A stretch of DNA of 64,000 nt from Bryobacterales bacterium (GTDB lineage Bacteria; Acidobacteriota; Terriglobia; Bryobacterales; UBA6623): contig OZ252099.1 of NCBI GenBank assembly GCA_965248305.1, positions 1,009,981 to 1,073,980 of the forward strand, given 5' to 3'. A program made the translations under genes and the position numbers. Below the pieces are notes generated by a model. The model was not told where the DNA came from, did not search any database, and saw nothing but the letters and a program-made list of their open reading frames with translations. Position 1 is the first letter of the stretch. Every line of letters starts with the position of its first letter. This document shows, piece after piece, positions 1 through 10,372 of the stretch.

Positions 1-201
1 TTCGCCTGAATTGCCCGGATTTCTTGACGAGCACGCGGATCTGATCCCGTCTCGCATCTCGGCCTGCTGGCGGAACGCGTTCGCATCTGCGCGAACCGCC
101 GGTCGGTCGAGCCCATTCCCTGGTTGGCACCGGCATTCATGGCCGTCCCACCGCCACGGTGCAGTTAGTGCCCCGGCGCGTGCCGAAGCGGGTAACCCGG
201 G

Positions 202-1977
202 TTATCGACCTAGCGCAACCGATTGTGTGATGCCTTCTCCTTGGAGGATCGTGACGGCTGTGTTCGCCACCACCTGCCCGAGCGCTGACTCGGAGCCGTC
301 CGGCCACTGAATCGACACCGAGGCAGATGGCTGCTGGCCGATTCCGAAATGAACCCGCAGATCGCTCTGCGAAATGTGATACCCACCGCTGCGGACCTCG
401 CCGATCTGGACACTGCCGCCGGATTCAACCTGGATGCGCGAGCCGATTGCCGAGCGTCCAGACGGTGCCCTTGCGTCGATTAGGATCGCGTTCCCAGTGG
501 GAGCGAACTGCTTTAGCAGCGACGGATGATCATGCATATTCACGGTCACGATCTCCAATGAGCCGTCGTTGTCCAAGTCCGCGACTGCAATCCCTCTCGA
601 GGAGTGAAACTCGTTGATCCCCGGGCCCGCCTCGGCACTCATGTCATGGAAGCGCCCGGGTTCGTAGTTCCAGTACACCAGCCGTTTCTGGCGGAACGTC
701 TCTCCAACCCCGGCCTTGTCCACACCCGGATACACGTGCCCGTTGGCGACGAATAGATCCTTCCGGCCATCGTGGTCGATATCAAGGAATGCCGTGCCCC
801 AGCCAAGGTACTGCGTGTTGACGGCGAGGCCCGTCGAAACGGTCTCATCCATGAACATTTGCGTGCCTTCGTTGAGATACAGGGTGTGGGTGTCGTTAGA
901 AAAGTTTGTCTTGAATATGTCTAGATCGCCGTCCAAGTCAAAGTCGGCCGCCGTGGTGCCCATGCCCGCCTGTTCCTGTCCGTCCATGTTGTACGCCGTT
1001 CCGGAGATGATGCCGATCTCTTCAAACGTGCCATCGCCCTTGTTGTGGAAGAACAGGCTTGCCGTCGAGTCGCACGTCACATACACATCGGTCCAGCCGT
1101 CGTTGTCGAAATCGGCCGTCAGCGGCGTGAAACCGTAGTAGAGCTTGTCGGTCTCCACGCCGGTCTCCACCGACACGTCCTGGAAGAGTCCGTCACCGTC
1201 ATTCTGGTACAGCGACATGGATTCTCCGGGCAGCCCGCGCGGACCGCACAGTACGGCGAGGCCCTTCCAGCGGCAGTCCGCTCCATCGCCTGGCTTGGGC
1301 GTTTTGGCGGGATCGAAGCGCAGGTAATTCGCCACGAAGAGGTCCAAGTCTCCGTCGCGGTCGAAGTCGAGGAACGCGCAACCGGTGCCCCAGCGCTGAC
1401 TGCTCTCGGTTAGGCCCCGCTGCGCGGTTTCGTCCCGGAACTTGCCCACACCGTCATTCCTGTACAGGCGGTTCTGCCCCCAATGCGGGATGAACAGATC
1501 CTCGAACCCGTCGTCATCGACATCGCCTACGCAGGCGCCTTGCGCCCATCCGGTGTACTGTATCCCCGCTTCCTCCGTAACATCGGCGAACTTCAATCCG
1601 CCCAGGTTCCGGTAGAGGTAATGCCGCGGCTCGGCGCCCTCCCGCTCGAATTGACCGCCGCTGACGAGCAGGATGTCTGGCAGGCCGTCCCGGTCGAAAT
1701 CGAAGATGGCCGTCCCTGTTCCCGTGGACTCGACGATGTAGTTCTTCGCTGTGGGGGATCCCGACACTGCGATGCCCAGCAAGCCTGCCGTCTTGGCGAT
1801 GTTCCGGTATTCGATGCGGGGCGGCGTGACGCCCTCGGGTAGGGGCCGTTTGGGCCGGGGGGCCGCACCGCTGGATGCCGCGCCTTGGCCGAATGCGACA
1901 CCTCCGGCGATGACCACGCCGCACGCGAGAGCCGGCAGGGCGGCGGCAAACCGGGAGCGGGGCGTTCGCACAGTCAT
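202..1977 (-). CDS. CRTAC1 / ASPIC-UnbV family secreted protein with FG-GAP (VCBS-type) repeats
   Basis: 591-aa ORF with an N-terminal hydrophobic signal-like segment (AALPALACGVVIAGG). It has repeated Ca-binding FDxDxDGxxD motifs (FDFDRDGLPDILLV, DVDDDGFEDLFI, LDFDRDGDLDLFVAN, ADFDNDGWTDVYV, ADFDLDGDLDIFKTN, LDIDHDGRKDLFVANG, ADLDNDGSLEIV). The C-terminal tail is UnbV/ASPIC-like (GSRIQV...GGYHISQSDLRVHFGIG). Confidence 0.85.
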   Translation of the reverse strand: MTVRTPRSRFAAALPALACGVVIAGGVAFGQGAASSGAAPRPKRPLPEGVTPPRIEYRNIAKTAGLLGIAVSGSPTAKNYIVESTGTGTAIFDFDRDGLPDILLVSGGQFEREGAEPRHYLYRNLGGLKFADVTEEAGIQYTGWAQGACVGDVDDDGFEDLFIPHWGQNRLYRNDGVGKFRDETAQRGLTESSQRWGTGCAFLDFDRDGDLDLFVANYLRFDPAKTPKPGDGADCRWKGLAVLCGPRGLPGESMSLYQNDGDGLFQDVSVETGVETDKLYYGFTPLTADFDNDGWTDVYVTCDSTASLFFHNKGDGTFEEIGIISGTAYNMDGQEQAGMGTTAADFDLDGDLDIFKTNFSNDTHTLYLNEGTQMFMDETVSTGLAVNTQYLGWGTAFLDIDHDGRKDLFVANGHVYPGVDKAGVGETFRQKRLVYWNYEPGRFHDMSAEAGPGINEFHSSRGIAVADLDNDGSLEIVTVNMHDHPSLLKQFAPTGNAILIDARAPSGRSAIGSRIQVESGGSVQIGEVRSGGYHISQSDLRVHFGIGQQPSASVSIQWPDGSESALGQVVANTAVTILQGEGITQSVALGR

Positions 1978-2295
1978 CTCAGAATATCGAGTTGCGGCGT
2001 TGGGCTCCTTGCGCGACCGCCACGGGCTAGGGCAATGCTGCTATGCCCCCAAGGGAATCGTAGCCTACCGGGCCGGGCGTGTCGAAATGTTCCGAGAGGT
2101 TCGGCCTCCGAGACCTTGCTGTCTTCCAGCGGAGCGGCGGCGATCGTGAGCGGCGCCCGAAGCATGTTGGCCTCCAGCCTGTGCCGAGAGTCCGAAGGGC
2201 CTCCAACCAGCCAACAGACAGGGTCTGACTTTGCAGAATTCATACTAATGAGGCCGAAATATGCACCTGTACGCATAGATCTGTAACATAAACAT

Positions 2296-2496
2296 ATGCG
2301 CACTACGCTAGACCTCCCCGAGGAGGTGCTAGGTGAGGCCCAACGGTTGTTGGGATTCAAATCAAAGACCGACACGGTGATCCTTGCGCTGCGAGAGTTG
2401 ATCCGGCGAGCAAGAATCGACGAGCTCCGAGACCTGCTGGGGCATGTCAATCTAGACATTGATGTTGACCGGTCCCGCCGAAGGCACCGCCTGTGA
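2296..2496 (+). CDS. vapB: Type II antitoxin, VapB family (DUF2191-like)
   Basis: 66-aa ORF starting MRTTLDLPEEVLGEAQRLLGFKSKTDTVILALRELIRR, the typical N-terminus of VapB/DUF2191 antitoxins. Its stop overlaps the GTG start of the downstream PIN gene (GTGA at 2493-2496). Confidence 0.8.
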   Translation: MRTTLDLPEEVLGEAQRLLGFKSKTDTVILALRELIRRARIDELRDLLGHVNLDIDVDRSRRRHRL

Positions 2497-2882
2497 TCTT
2501 TGTCGACACCTCGGTCTGGGTCGAGGCGCTTCGTGATCGCAGCTGCGAATCCTTTCGGCATTTGGACCAGCTTCTTGACAGCGATAACGTTGCCATGCCG
2601 ATCCCGGTGCGCGTTGAACTGCTCGGCGGAGTTTCGCGTGCACAGCGAGCCAGTTTGGCACGCGCCTTGTCCGGGCTACCGGTCTACTATCCGACAGACG
2701 CAACTTGGATCAGGATCGACGGGTGGGTCCAACTTGCGACTGAACAGGGTCAGCGGTTCGGCTTCGCCGACTTGCTTATCGCATCACTCGCCGCCCAGGC
2801 CGCGCTGCCGCTGTGGTCGCTTGATAGGGACTTCGGCCGCATGGCCGACCTTGGATTCATCGAGTTGCACCGACCAGGCTAG
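2493..2882 (+). CDS. vapC: PIN-domain ribonuclease toxin VapC
   Basis: 129-aa ORF with the PIN-type N-terminus MIFVDTSVWVEALR and later acidic positions (FADLLIA, SLDRDF). It is translationally coupled to the upstream antitoxin. Confidence 0.85.
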   Translation: MIFVDTSVWVEALRDRSCESFRHLDQLLDSDNVAMPIPVRVELLGGVSRAQRASLARALSGLPVYYPTDATWIRIDGWVQLATEQGQRFGFADLLIASLAAQAALPLWSLDRDFGRMADLGFIELHRPG

Positions 2883-3220
2883 CAGCGCCCCCGCCTCGTT
2901 CCGTCGCAGACCATTCGAGGCTGCAACAGGGCGCCGGGCGCAGTTTCCGCCGGCGAACAGCGAAGATTGCTCCGGCGCTGGAACCGGAACTGCTCCGGTT
3001 GGCGCCTGGTCTACGCGATCGATACAGCTGCGGGCAGTGGTCTCGAGCATTCCCAGACCGTGCTGATGGCCTGTGCCCGTAGCACTCCCCACAGCGGTAG
3101 AAACAGGGTCCAATCGGAGGGAACGCGCCGGAATTCCTGGCACAAGCACCTAAGGGCAGGCTCGCGAGTGGGTCTGAAAGCGCCAATTTCGTGTTTTTCC
3201 AAGTCGGTCAGAGATGCGGG

Positions 3221-4582
3221 TTAGGGGTCCTCGCCGACCTTCCGGCCCGCTGGGGGGTCGCGTTGCCGCGCTTGGTCGAGCACGATGGAGAGGGCTCTCG
3301 CGGTCTCGGCGTCAGCAGGGTTTCCGCGAAGAATTTCCTCTAGCTCCTCGATGCCCTCGTCCCAGCGTCCGAGTCGGCAGAGTACGAGTGCCAGATTCCG
3401 ACGGGCCACGGCGTTGAGCGGCTCGAATCGGAGCACTGCCCGGTACCTGTCGAGCGCTGCCGCGTATTTCCCTTCCGCTTCCAAGCGGACGGCTTCCCCG
3501 TGCAGGCGGGCTGTCTCGAGCTCATTCTCGCGGGCCTTGTCGCCGGACGCGATCATCTTCGCCAGGAGCTCCCGAAATCGGCGGGCCTCGTCGCGCCGGC
3601 CGGCTTTGTGCAGGGACCGAGTGAGGTTGTACACGACCGATTGATCGTCGGGCCGGAGTGCGTGTGCCTTGAGCAAATGGACCGCGGCTGCCCCGGAGTC
3701 GCCACGGCGCTGCAACTCCAGCGCCAGCTGGTAGTGAGCCGCCGGATCATCGGGAGCGAGTTCGACGGCCTTCTGAAACAGGGGAAATGCCTCGTCCTCC
3801 AGCAGCAGCCTCTTGCGGACCAAGCCCAGCGCTAGATAGGCAGCACCGATTTTTGGGTCCACTTCGATCGAATGTCGAAATTCCGCTGCGGCCTCCTCTA
3901 GCTGGTCGCGCTCGCTATGCAGCTTCCCGTTGAGGAAGTGCAGCCGGGCCCGCTTGCCGCGATCCGTCTCCAGGCTCAAGGCCTTCGCCATGTGTGCGGC
4001 TGCGCGTTCAAACTCCTGCTTTCCTGCGAGGATCAGGGCGATGTTGAGGTGGGCGTCTCCCAACTCAGGATTCAAGGAGATTGCCCGCTCGAAGACTTGC
4101 ACGGCTGCGTCCTGCTCTCCTAGGCGGGCGAAGGCAGCACCTGCGGCGGCGTGGACGCGCGCCCGCTCCGGGGCTAGCTCGATCGCGCGCAGCAGGGCTT
4201 CGACAGCTTCAGTGCGACGGGGAATCATAGACTGAGCCGTTCCGAGCAGGAGAAGGGCTTCAACGTCGCTCGGACGGACGTCCAAGATGCCATTGAGGAG
4301 CGTGATTGCTTGCTCTAGATCGCCTTGCTGGATCAGCCGTGCGGCCTCGGGCAGCTGCGATTCGGAAGCGGCCGGGATCTGCTGCGCCTCAAGGTCCGCT
4401 GCTGTCGTGCCCACTGCGATCATGACGGCAGCGGCAAGCACGCAAATGGCCGCCACCGCTGTAGACCGAAAGGGCCCTGGCTTGGCACGCCGGTGCGGGC
4501 TACGAGTTCCCGGTGAAACAAGCGCCCGGCCCAGCTTGTACCAGACGCCAGCTGCGGCCGCGAGGTTTGGGTCCCGTCTCAT
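3221..4582 (-). CDS. Tetratricopeptide (TPR) repeat protein with N-terminal membrane anchor
   Basis: 453-aa ORF with a hydrophobic segment (AVAAICVLAAAVMIAVG) followed by many 34-aa TPR-like units (AxxxLGxAxxxxGxxxEAxxxxxxAxxLxP patterns). Confidence 0.75.
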   Translation of the reverse strand: MRRDPNLAAAAGVWYKLGRALVSPGTRSPHRRAKPGPFRSTAVAAICVLAAAVMIAVGTTAADLEAQQIPAASESQLPEAARLIQQGDLEQAITLLNGILDVRPSDVEALLLLGTAQSMIPRRTEAVEALLRAIELAPERARVHAAAGAAFARLGEQDAAVQVFERAISLNPELGDAHLNIALILAGKQEFERAAAHMAKALSLETDRGKRARLHFLNGKLHSERDQLEEAAAEFRHSIEVDPKIGAAYLALGLVRKRLLLEDEAFPLFQKAVELAPDDPAAHYQLALELQRRGDSGAAAVHLLKAHALRPDDQSVVYNLTRSLHKAGRRDEARRFRELLAKMIASGDKARENELETARLHGEAVRLEAEGKYAAALDRYRAVLRFEPLNAVARRNLALVLCRLGRWDEGIEELEEILRGNPADAETARALSIVLDQARQRDPPAGRKVGEDP

Positions 4583-4699
4583 GGCGCTTGCAAGGGCACC
4601 CAGCAGGCAGCATCCGAGCTAAGCCCCACCCGGATTGCAGACTGCCATCAGCCGCACGGGGTCAAGCTCAGAGGCAGGGCTCAAAGGCTGTCGCCGAGG

Positions 4700-7600
4700 T
4701 CAGAATATTATCTTCAGCCCGAATTGGACCTGACGCATCGGATTGACCGTGTTGAAGACCCTCCCGATGGTGGGAGAAAGCACCGTGGAATCGGGAGCAC
4801 CGTAGTTCGAAAGGTTGTAGAGGTTGAAGAACTCGGAGCGAACTTCCACCCAGCGGCCGTCTCCCCATCCGAAACGCTTGAACAACGAGAAGTCGAAATA
4901 CGTGACGGTTTCGGAATGGACGAGCCCTCGTCCAGCATTGCCGAAGCTGCCGAACTCAGGTACCTCGAAGGCACCCGGATCGAACCAGCGCGCCGACGAG
5001 CGAGATCCCGCGTTCGGATCACCGACCAAGTTGGGCCGCATGTAGCTCCACCAAGCCACCGTGTTGCCGATGTTGGCCACGTCGCCGCCGACGACCATAT
5101 TGATCGGCTGGCCGCTGCGGACCTGGAGCAGGCTGTTCACATGCCAGTTGCCCAGCACCCAGGCGGCCGGGCCGCTGTTGAAGATCCCTTTGCCTTTGCC
5201 CGCAGGGATTTCCCAGACCGAGGAGACCGAGAGGAAGTTCGGAATGTTGTACCCGGACACCCCGGTATTCCGATCCAAATCGTAGAAATCCTGGACGTAA
5301 GAGCTTCCGCCCGGGCCATTCTCAGCGGTGAAGAAGCCGCTGGCGCCGTTGTCGATCGCCCGCGACCAAGTATAGGAAGCGAGGAACGACAGCCCGTTGT
5401 AGAAACGCCGCTCGGCCTTGAATTCAAGGCCGTGATAGTCCGCGACACCGCGGTCGTCTCCCCAGAACACCGTGGGCATGTGCGGCTGTGGTGTCCTAGC
5501 CCGGACTTCCTCCGCGGAGCCCGGTCCGGGCCTTGCCGTGTTAGCTAGGCCCGTGACCTGAAGGCGGCGACTAATGCTGCCCACATAACCTGCGGACACC
5601 ACTAGATTCTGGCTGACCTGCTGCTGGAGCTCGACGTTCCACTGGTGGCCCACCGGATTCTTGCTGTTGTGGTCGACGCACCAGCAGGTGTCCCCCCAAG
5701 GCTGCGGCCCCGGGAGCGGGCTGCCGAGCTTCGTGCGCAGCTCATCGATGAAGCGAACAGGTCCGCCGACTGCGTTAGTAGCCTCGAAGAAGCCGTCATT
5801 GGATGGCCAACCGCCGCTGCCTTGCCACGATTGGTTGACGCCGGTCAATTGATCGAACACGATACCGTAGCCAACTCGCAGGACCGTGGTCGGATTCATG
5901 CTCCACGCAAGTCCCAACCGGGGCTGCCAGTTATCCCAGACCGGAATCGGCCCGATGCTCGTGTGATCTGCCAGCCGGATCTTGTCCCCGAACGGCACGT
6001 CTTGGAGGCCGTCTCCGGGAATGCAGGGCGAGATGCCGACTTGGTTGCAGGGCTGCGGCATGGATTCTAGCCCGATCAAGAAACCACCAGACTCGACGTC
6101 GTAGTTCGTTTTAAACCGACCTGAATTGGATTCCACGTCCGGCCACATCAAATGGTCGAAACGCAGCCCGATATTGATTGTCAGGTTCGATTTCACCCTC
6201 CATTCATCCTGTACGTATGCCCCGAATGTCTGATAGCCGAAGAAGATGTCCGAGGGTAGCCCGCCTGACACTTGCGAGGGAACGCCGAGCAATGCTGAAG
6301 CCAAGGCGTCTCCCGTCGTCCCGACCTCAGCCGACCGCAGACCTTGTGTCGGAACCTCTGTGAAGTTGAAGCTGATCGATCCGCTGGACCCGGGAGTCAG
6401 CGTGTGGCGCAACGTTTGCACGCCGAACTTCAGCGTGTGGTTGCCACGAATCCAGCTCAGGTTGCCAGTGTAGTGGTACTGCTCGTAATGGAATTCGAGC
6501 GGCCCCTCCATGCGTCGCAGCGCTCCTATATCGCCGCCCGCGAAGCCGCCGCTCCCGATCGCGATACTGGGAATTGGTCGGACGCCTGCGATGGTGCCGA
6601 ATCCGGCTGCTAGCGCGGGGCCGTCTCCGACCGACTCGTCTGGCAGCGTTCCCTGCCGGTAGGGTTCCTTGGCGTACCCGAAGCTGTGATCCATGATCAG
6701 GGTCGGGGAGAAGCTATGGAACCATCCTCCACCGTAGTTGAAGAAGGGGAATTCACCGACTTCATTGATCAACTGGGTTGAGGGCGTGAGATCCGCGCCG
6801 TCAACCTTGCTATAGCGGCCCCAGGCCCGATCCAGTTCACTGAACTGGTGGTCGATGCGAACTTGGAAGTTGTTGGCGTCGTTGGTCGCCGCGTCACCGT
6901 TGATCACGTTGAACTGGGGATCGCCCGACAGGTTGGGTTGATCGTAATAGCCCCTCAAATAGGTCTGCATGGGCTGATTCAGGCTGCCTGATGGGATGAT
7001 GTTGTTCGGGAACTGCGTGCGAATCAACTCGCCACTGCTCGGATCCATCCGCGTGCTCAGGGGGTCGTAAATGTTGCGGCCGGTAGGCCAGCTGGAGAAG
7101 TCGCCGCCCAGTTGCGCATCTGTCGGCACGTAATACCGATTCGATCTCGGATTACTGTAGCGCCAGCCCTCGAACGCCGCGTGGAAGAATGTGTGATTCC
7201 TGACGATCGGGCCACCGACCGCAGCGCCGAATTGGTTCTGCCTGAATGCGGCCGGCTCTGCGTTGAATTCATCAGCGAAGGGATCCCGAGCGTTCAAGAC
7301 ATCGTTACGGACGAACTCCCACAGGGTTCCATGAAACTCATTCGTGCCGGTCTTGGAAATAACGTTGATGACGCCTCCGAGAACGCCACCGAACTCGGCC
7401 TTGTCGTTGTGGGACTGGACCTTGAACTCTTCGATGGCATCGATGATCGGTGGGATGACATACATGTTGCCGATGAAGTTGGTGTTGTTGAGCCCGTCCA
7501 GCAGGTGAATATTCATGCGGTTCCACTGCCCGTGAATGGACGGGTTCGAGAAGGACGCACCGGGCACGCCGACATTGGCGAGATCGTGGCTCCCGATGCC

Positions 7601-8128
7601 GCTGCTCTGGGCAGTGCTCACAGGAGTCGCGCCCGGAGTCAAGGTCAGTAACTGGGTGAAGTTCCGGCCATTCAAGGGCAAATCCTCGATGGCCTTCACA
7701 CCGATGACTGTGCCAAGCTCCGATGTGGACTGCTGCAGCTGCTCGGCCTGCGCCATCACCTCGATGGTTTCGGTGACACTGCCAACTTCTAGGGCGAGAT
7801 TCTGCGTGATGGTCTGGTTGACACCGACATTGAACGATGGCAGAAGGGCGATCTTGAAGCCTTGCTGCTCGGCCACGAGCGTGTAATTTCCGGGCTGAAC
7901 GTTGACAAACACGAAGAACCCGCTGGCGTTGGCCTGGTTGGTGATCTCGGTCCCAGTGCCTAGGTTCGACAGCGTGACTGAGGTTCCGGGAATGACGGCC
8001 CCCGTCGTATCGGTAATCGTGCCGTTGACTCCCCCGGTCGTGCTCTGTGCGAAAACCCACCACGCTGCCAGCAAACATGCCACGAGTAGCCTTGCCACCC
8101 GTCCCTGCGCGCACGAAATTTCTTGCAT
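4700..8128 (-). CDS. TonB-dependent outer-membrane receptor with N-terminal carboxypeptidase-regulatory-like domain
   Basis: 1142-aa ORF with a signal peptide (LLVACLLAAWWVFAQS). The CarboxypepD_reg-like domain is GTITDTTGAVIPGTSVTLSNLGTGTEITNQANASGFFVFVNVQPGNYTLVAEQQGF. A plug-like segment is present (DLPLNGRNFTQLLTLTPG), and the C-terminal beta-barrel ends in an aromatic residue (VQFGLKIIF). Confidence 0.85.
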   Translation of the reverse strand: MQEISCAQGRVARLLVACLLAAWWVFAQSTTGGVNGTITDTTGAVIPGTSVTLSNLGTGTEITNQANASGFFVFVNVQPGNYTLVAEQQGFKIALLPSFNVGVNQTITQNLALEVGSVTETIEVMAQAEQLQQSTSELGTVIGVKAIEDLPLNGRNFTQLLTLTPGATPVSTAQSSGIGSHDLANVGVPGASFSNPSIHGQWNRMNIHLLDGLNNTNFIGNMYVIPPIIDAIEEFKVQSHNDKAEFGGVLGGVINVISKTGTNEFHGTLWEFVRNDVLNARDPFADEFNAEPAAFRQNQFGAAVGGPIVRNHTFFHAAFEGWRYSNPRSNRYYVPTDAQLGGDFSSWPTGRNIYDPLSTRMDPSSGELIRTQFPNNIIPSGSLNQPMQTYLRGYYDQPNLSGDPQFNVINGDAATNDANNFQVRIDHQFSELDRAWGRYSKVDGADLTPSTQLINEVGEFPFFNYGGGWFHSFSPTLIMDHSFGYAKEPYRQGTLPDESVGDGPALAAGFGTIAGVRPIPSIAIGSGGFAGGDIGALRRMEGPLEFHYEQYHYTGNLSWIRGNHTLKFGVQTLRHTLTPGSSGSISFNFTEVPTQGLRSAEVGTTGDALASALLGVPSQVSGGLPSDIFFGYQTFGAYVQDEWRVKSNLTINIGLRFDHLMWPDVESNSGRFKTNYDVESGGFLIGLESMPQPCNQVGISPCIPGDGLQDVPFGDKIRLADHTSIGPIPVWDNWQPRLGLAWSMNPTTVLRVGYGIVFDQLTGVNQSWQGSGGWPSNDGFFEATNAVGGPVRFIDELRTKLGSPLPGPQPWGDTCWCVDHNSKNPVGHQWNVELQQQVSQNLVVSAGYVGSISRRLQVTGLANTARPGPGSAEEVRARTPQPHMPTVFWGDDRGVADYHGLEFKAERRFYNGLSFLASYTWSRAIDNGASGFFTAENGPGGSSYVQDFYDLDRNTGVSGYNIPNFLSVSSVWEIPAGKGKGIFNSGPAAWVLGNWHVNSLLQVRSGQPINMVVGGDVANIGNTVAWWSYMRPNLVGDPNAGSRSSARWFDPGAFEVPEFGSFGNAGRGLVHSETVTYFDFSLFKRFGWGDGRWVEVRSEFFNLYNLSNYGAPDSTVLSPTIGRVFNTVNPMRQVQFGLKIIF

Positions 8129-8368
8129 TCGTTACCCCTCCTCCCCGGGCGCACGATCTGCGACTTTTGCAGCAAGAGCTGAATGCCCAATAAGCGGATC
8201 CGCCCCACAAGCGGATTCGCCGGACCCGGGAAATAACTTGCTCAATGCTACACTAGTCGCGCCAAGGCCGCAATGCCGATCCGGGGTTAAGACCTGCCCG
8301 TCAGGGAAATACGCGTTGGCAATTGGCTTCTCCAAGGTGCTGCGGGGCGGCCCCGACATGCGTGATGA

Positions 8369-10147
8369 GTGGGCAAGAAGAGGCGAATTTCCGGAAGGGC
8401 TAGGACTCCCCGAATCCCGGCTGTCGCTCGTCCGCCGCGACAGGCGCGCGCCGTCAGCGCAAAGGCTCTCTACACAATCGGAGCTTTAGTCGTCGTCGCG
8501 GCAATGTGGGCATGGCTGAGCCAGGCCCCGCAGGAGCAACCTCCGGCCCCCAAGCAGGTATCCGCGATCCGCTTCGAGGCGGCCTCGTCGGGGATCGACT
8601 TCGTGCTCAACAACGGCACGACGGAGGACAAGCCCATGCCGGACTCGACGCTGGGCGGAGTCGCGTTGCTGGATTGCGATCAAGACGGCCTGCTCGACAT
8701 CTATTTCACCAACGGCGCTCGTTTTCCTGACTTCCAGAAGGCCGATCCCTCCTTCTACAACCGCCTTTACCGCAACCTTGGGAGCCGTGCCTTCGAGGAC
8801 GTCACCGAGAGAGCCGGCGTCGCCTCCAGCGGCTACAGCATGGGCGTCGCGGTCGCCGACTACGATAACGATGGCCGGGCGGACTTCTTCGTCGCGGGCG
8901 TCGATCGCAATGTCCTGTACCGAAATCTGAGCGCCTGCCGCTTCGAGGACGTCACCGTGCGCGCCGGTGTTGCGGCTGGAGAATTCCCCGACAAGCCGTG
9001 GTCTGTCGCGGCCGCGTGGCTGGACTACGACAATGACGGCCAGCTTGATCTGTTCGTCGTCAACTATCTCGATTGGACCTGGGAAAACAACCAGGTTTGC
9101 GGCGACCCCGGCCGCCGCCTTTCGTGCGCTCCGGCGCACTACAAAGGACTGCCCAATGCGCTTTACCGCAATCTGGGCGACGGGACATTTGAGGACGTTA
9201 GCGGGACAACCGGCATCGGGGCGCACGTCGGCAAGGGCATGAGCGCCGCCGCCGCTGACTACGATGGCGACGGTTTTCAGGACATTTTCGTCACGAACGA
9301 CTCCGTCCGGAACTTCCTGTTCCGCAATCTGGGCGGGGAGCGTTTCGAGGAGGTCGGCGTGCAGTCCGGCGTTGCGTTCACTGGCGACGGAATTCCGGTC
9401 TCGAGCATGGGCGTGGACTTTCGCGACCTGGACGGCGACGGCCTGTCGGACGTGACGATCACGGCTCTGTCCAACGAAACGTTTCCGCTTTTCCTAGGCC
9501 GCCCTGAAAAGGGCTTCGTGGATGCGACATACACCAGCAAGATCGGTCTCGAATCGTTCACGATGTCGGGCTGGAGCGTTGGCGCGTTCGATTTCGATAA
9601 CGACGGGGACAAAGACATCTTCACCGCCAACTCGCACGTCAGCGAGAACGTAGAACTGTACCGCAGCATCTCGTACCGCCTGCCGAACGCCGTATTCCAG
9701 AATCTGGGCGACGGCACGTACAAGGACGCCGCCTTGGGCGCGGGGCCGGCTATGCAGACGGCGGCGGCGCATCGCGGCGCGGCCTTCGGCGACATCGACA
9801 ACGACGGTCGAGTCGACGTCGCGGTCTCGGCCATTGCTTCCGAAGCCTCGATTCTGTTCAACGAGTCCGAGGGTGGGAATTGGCTGGTGTTGGACCTAGA
9901 GGGAATCGCGAGCAACCGCTCCGGCATCGGCGCTACCGTCAAGCTCACCGAGGAGTCGGGACGGGTCCAGCACAACCACGCCACAACCGCCGTGGGCTAC
10001 GCGAGCGCGTCGGACAGCCGCGTCCATTTCGGGCTGGGGGACGGGGTGCAAGTGCGCCAGATTGAGATTCGCTGGCCGAGCGGCAAGGTGCAGACTCTAG
10101 CAGACCTCGCGACGGGTCAGGTGCTTACAGTATCGGAACCCCGCTGA
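8369..10147 (+). CDS. CRTAC1 / ASPIC-UnbV family protein with FG-GAP repeats (paralog of 202-1977)
   Basis: 592-aa ORF with a GTG start and the same repeated DxDxDG motifs (LDCDQDGLLDIYFTNG, ADYDNDGRADFFVAG, LDYDNDGQLDLFVVN, ADYDGDGFQDIFVTN, FDFDNDGDKDIFTAN, GDIDNDGRVDVAV). The UnbV-like C-terminus reads GIGATVKL...GYASASDSRVHFGLG. Confidence 0.85.
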   Translation: MGKKRRISGRARTPRIPAVARPPRQARAVSAKALYTIGALVVVAAMWAWLSQAPQEQPPAPKQVSAIRFEAASSGIDFVLNNGTTEDKPMPDSTLGGVALLDCDQDGLLDIYFTNGARFPDFQKADPSFYNRLYRNLGSRAFEDVTERAGVASSGYSMGVAVADYDNDGRADFFVAGVDRNVLYRNLSACRFEDVTVRAGVAAGEFPDKPWSVAAAWLDYDNDGQLDLFVVNYLDWTWENNQVCGDPGRRLSCAPAHYKGLPNALYRNLGDGTFEDVSGTTGIGAHVGKGMSAAAADYDGDGFQDIFVTNDSVRNFLFRNLGGERFEEVGVQSGVAFTGDGIPVSSMGVDFRDLDGDGLSDVTITALSNETFPLFLGRPEKGFVDATYTSKIGLESFTMSGWSVGAFDFDNDGDKDIFTANSHVSENVELYRSISYRLPNAVFQNLGDGTYKDAALGAGPAMQTAAAHRGAAFGDIDNDGRVDVAVSAIASEASILFNESEGGNWLVLDLEGIASNRSGIGATVKLTEESGRVQHNHATTAVGYASASDSRVHFGLGDGVQVRQIEIRWPSGKVQTLADLATGQVLTVSEPR

Positions 10148-10372
10148 CGGGCGCTGTCACTCACAGGGGTTGCAACCGGAAAGCGCGCCCGAGATTCGCA
10201 GCAGGCACGGGTACAAATTTGCCTGAAAAGAAGTGGGGGAGGGCAGTGGCCATCGTCTTCCAGTCTGGCTTTCGGTTGCGAGGAAGCAAGCAAAAACGAG
10301 ACCTACAATGGCCGACAAGAAGCTTGCGACAGCCAGCGCGCTGTTGCACTAGGCGGTCCAGCACGATGGCTG

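Noticed and set aside
1-201. Possible partial gene at the left edge (ORF 11-310 plus, and several minus-strand frames).
   Set aside because: No frame shows a recognisable motif or a convincing codon bias. ORF 11-310 overlaps the 3' end of the CRTAC1 gene on the opposite strand.
2230-2295. Partial palindrome ATGCACCTGTACGCAT upstream of vapB as an operator.
   Set aside because: Only the outer 4 nt are self-complementary, which is not enough to call a regulatory site.
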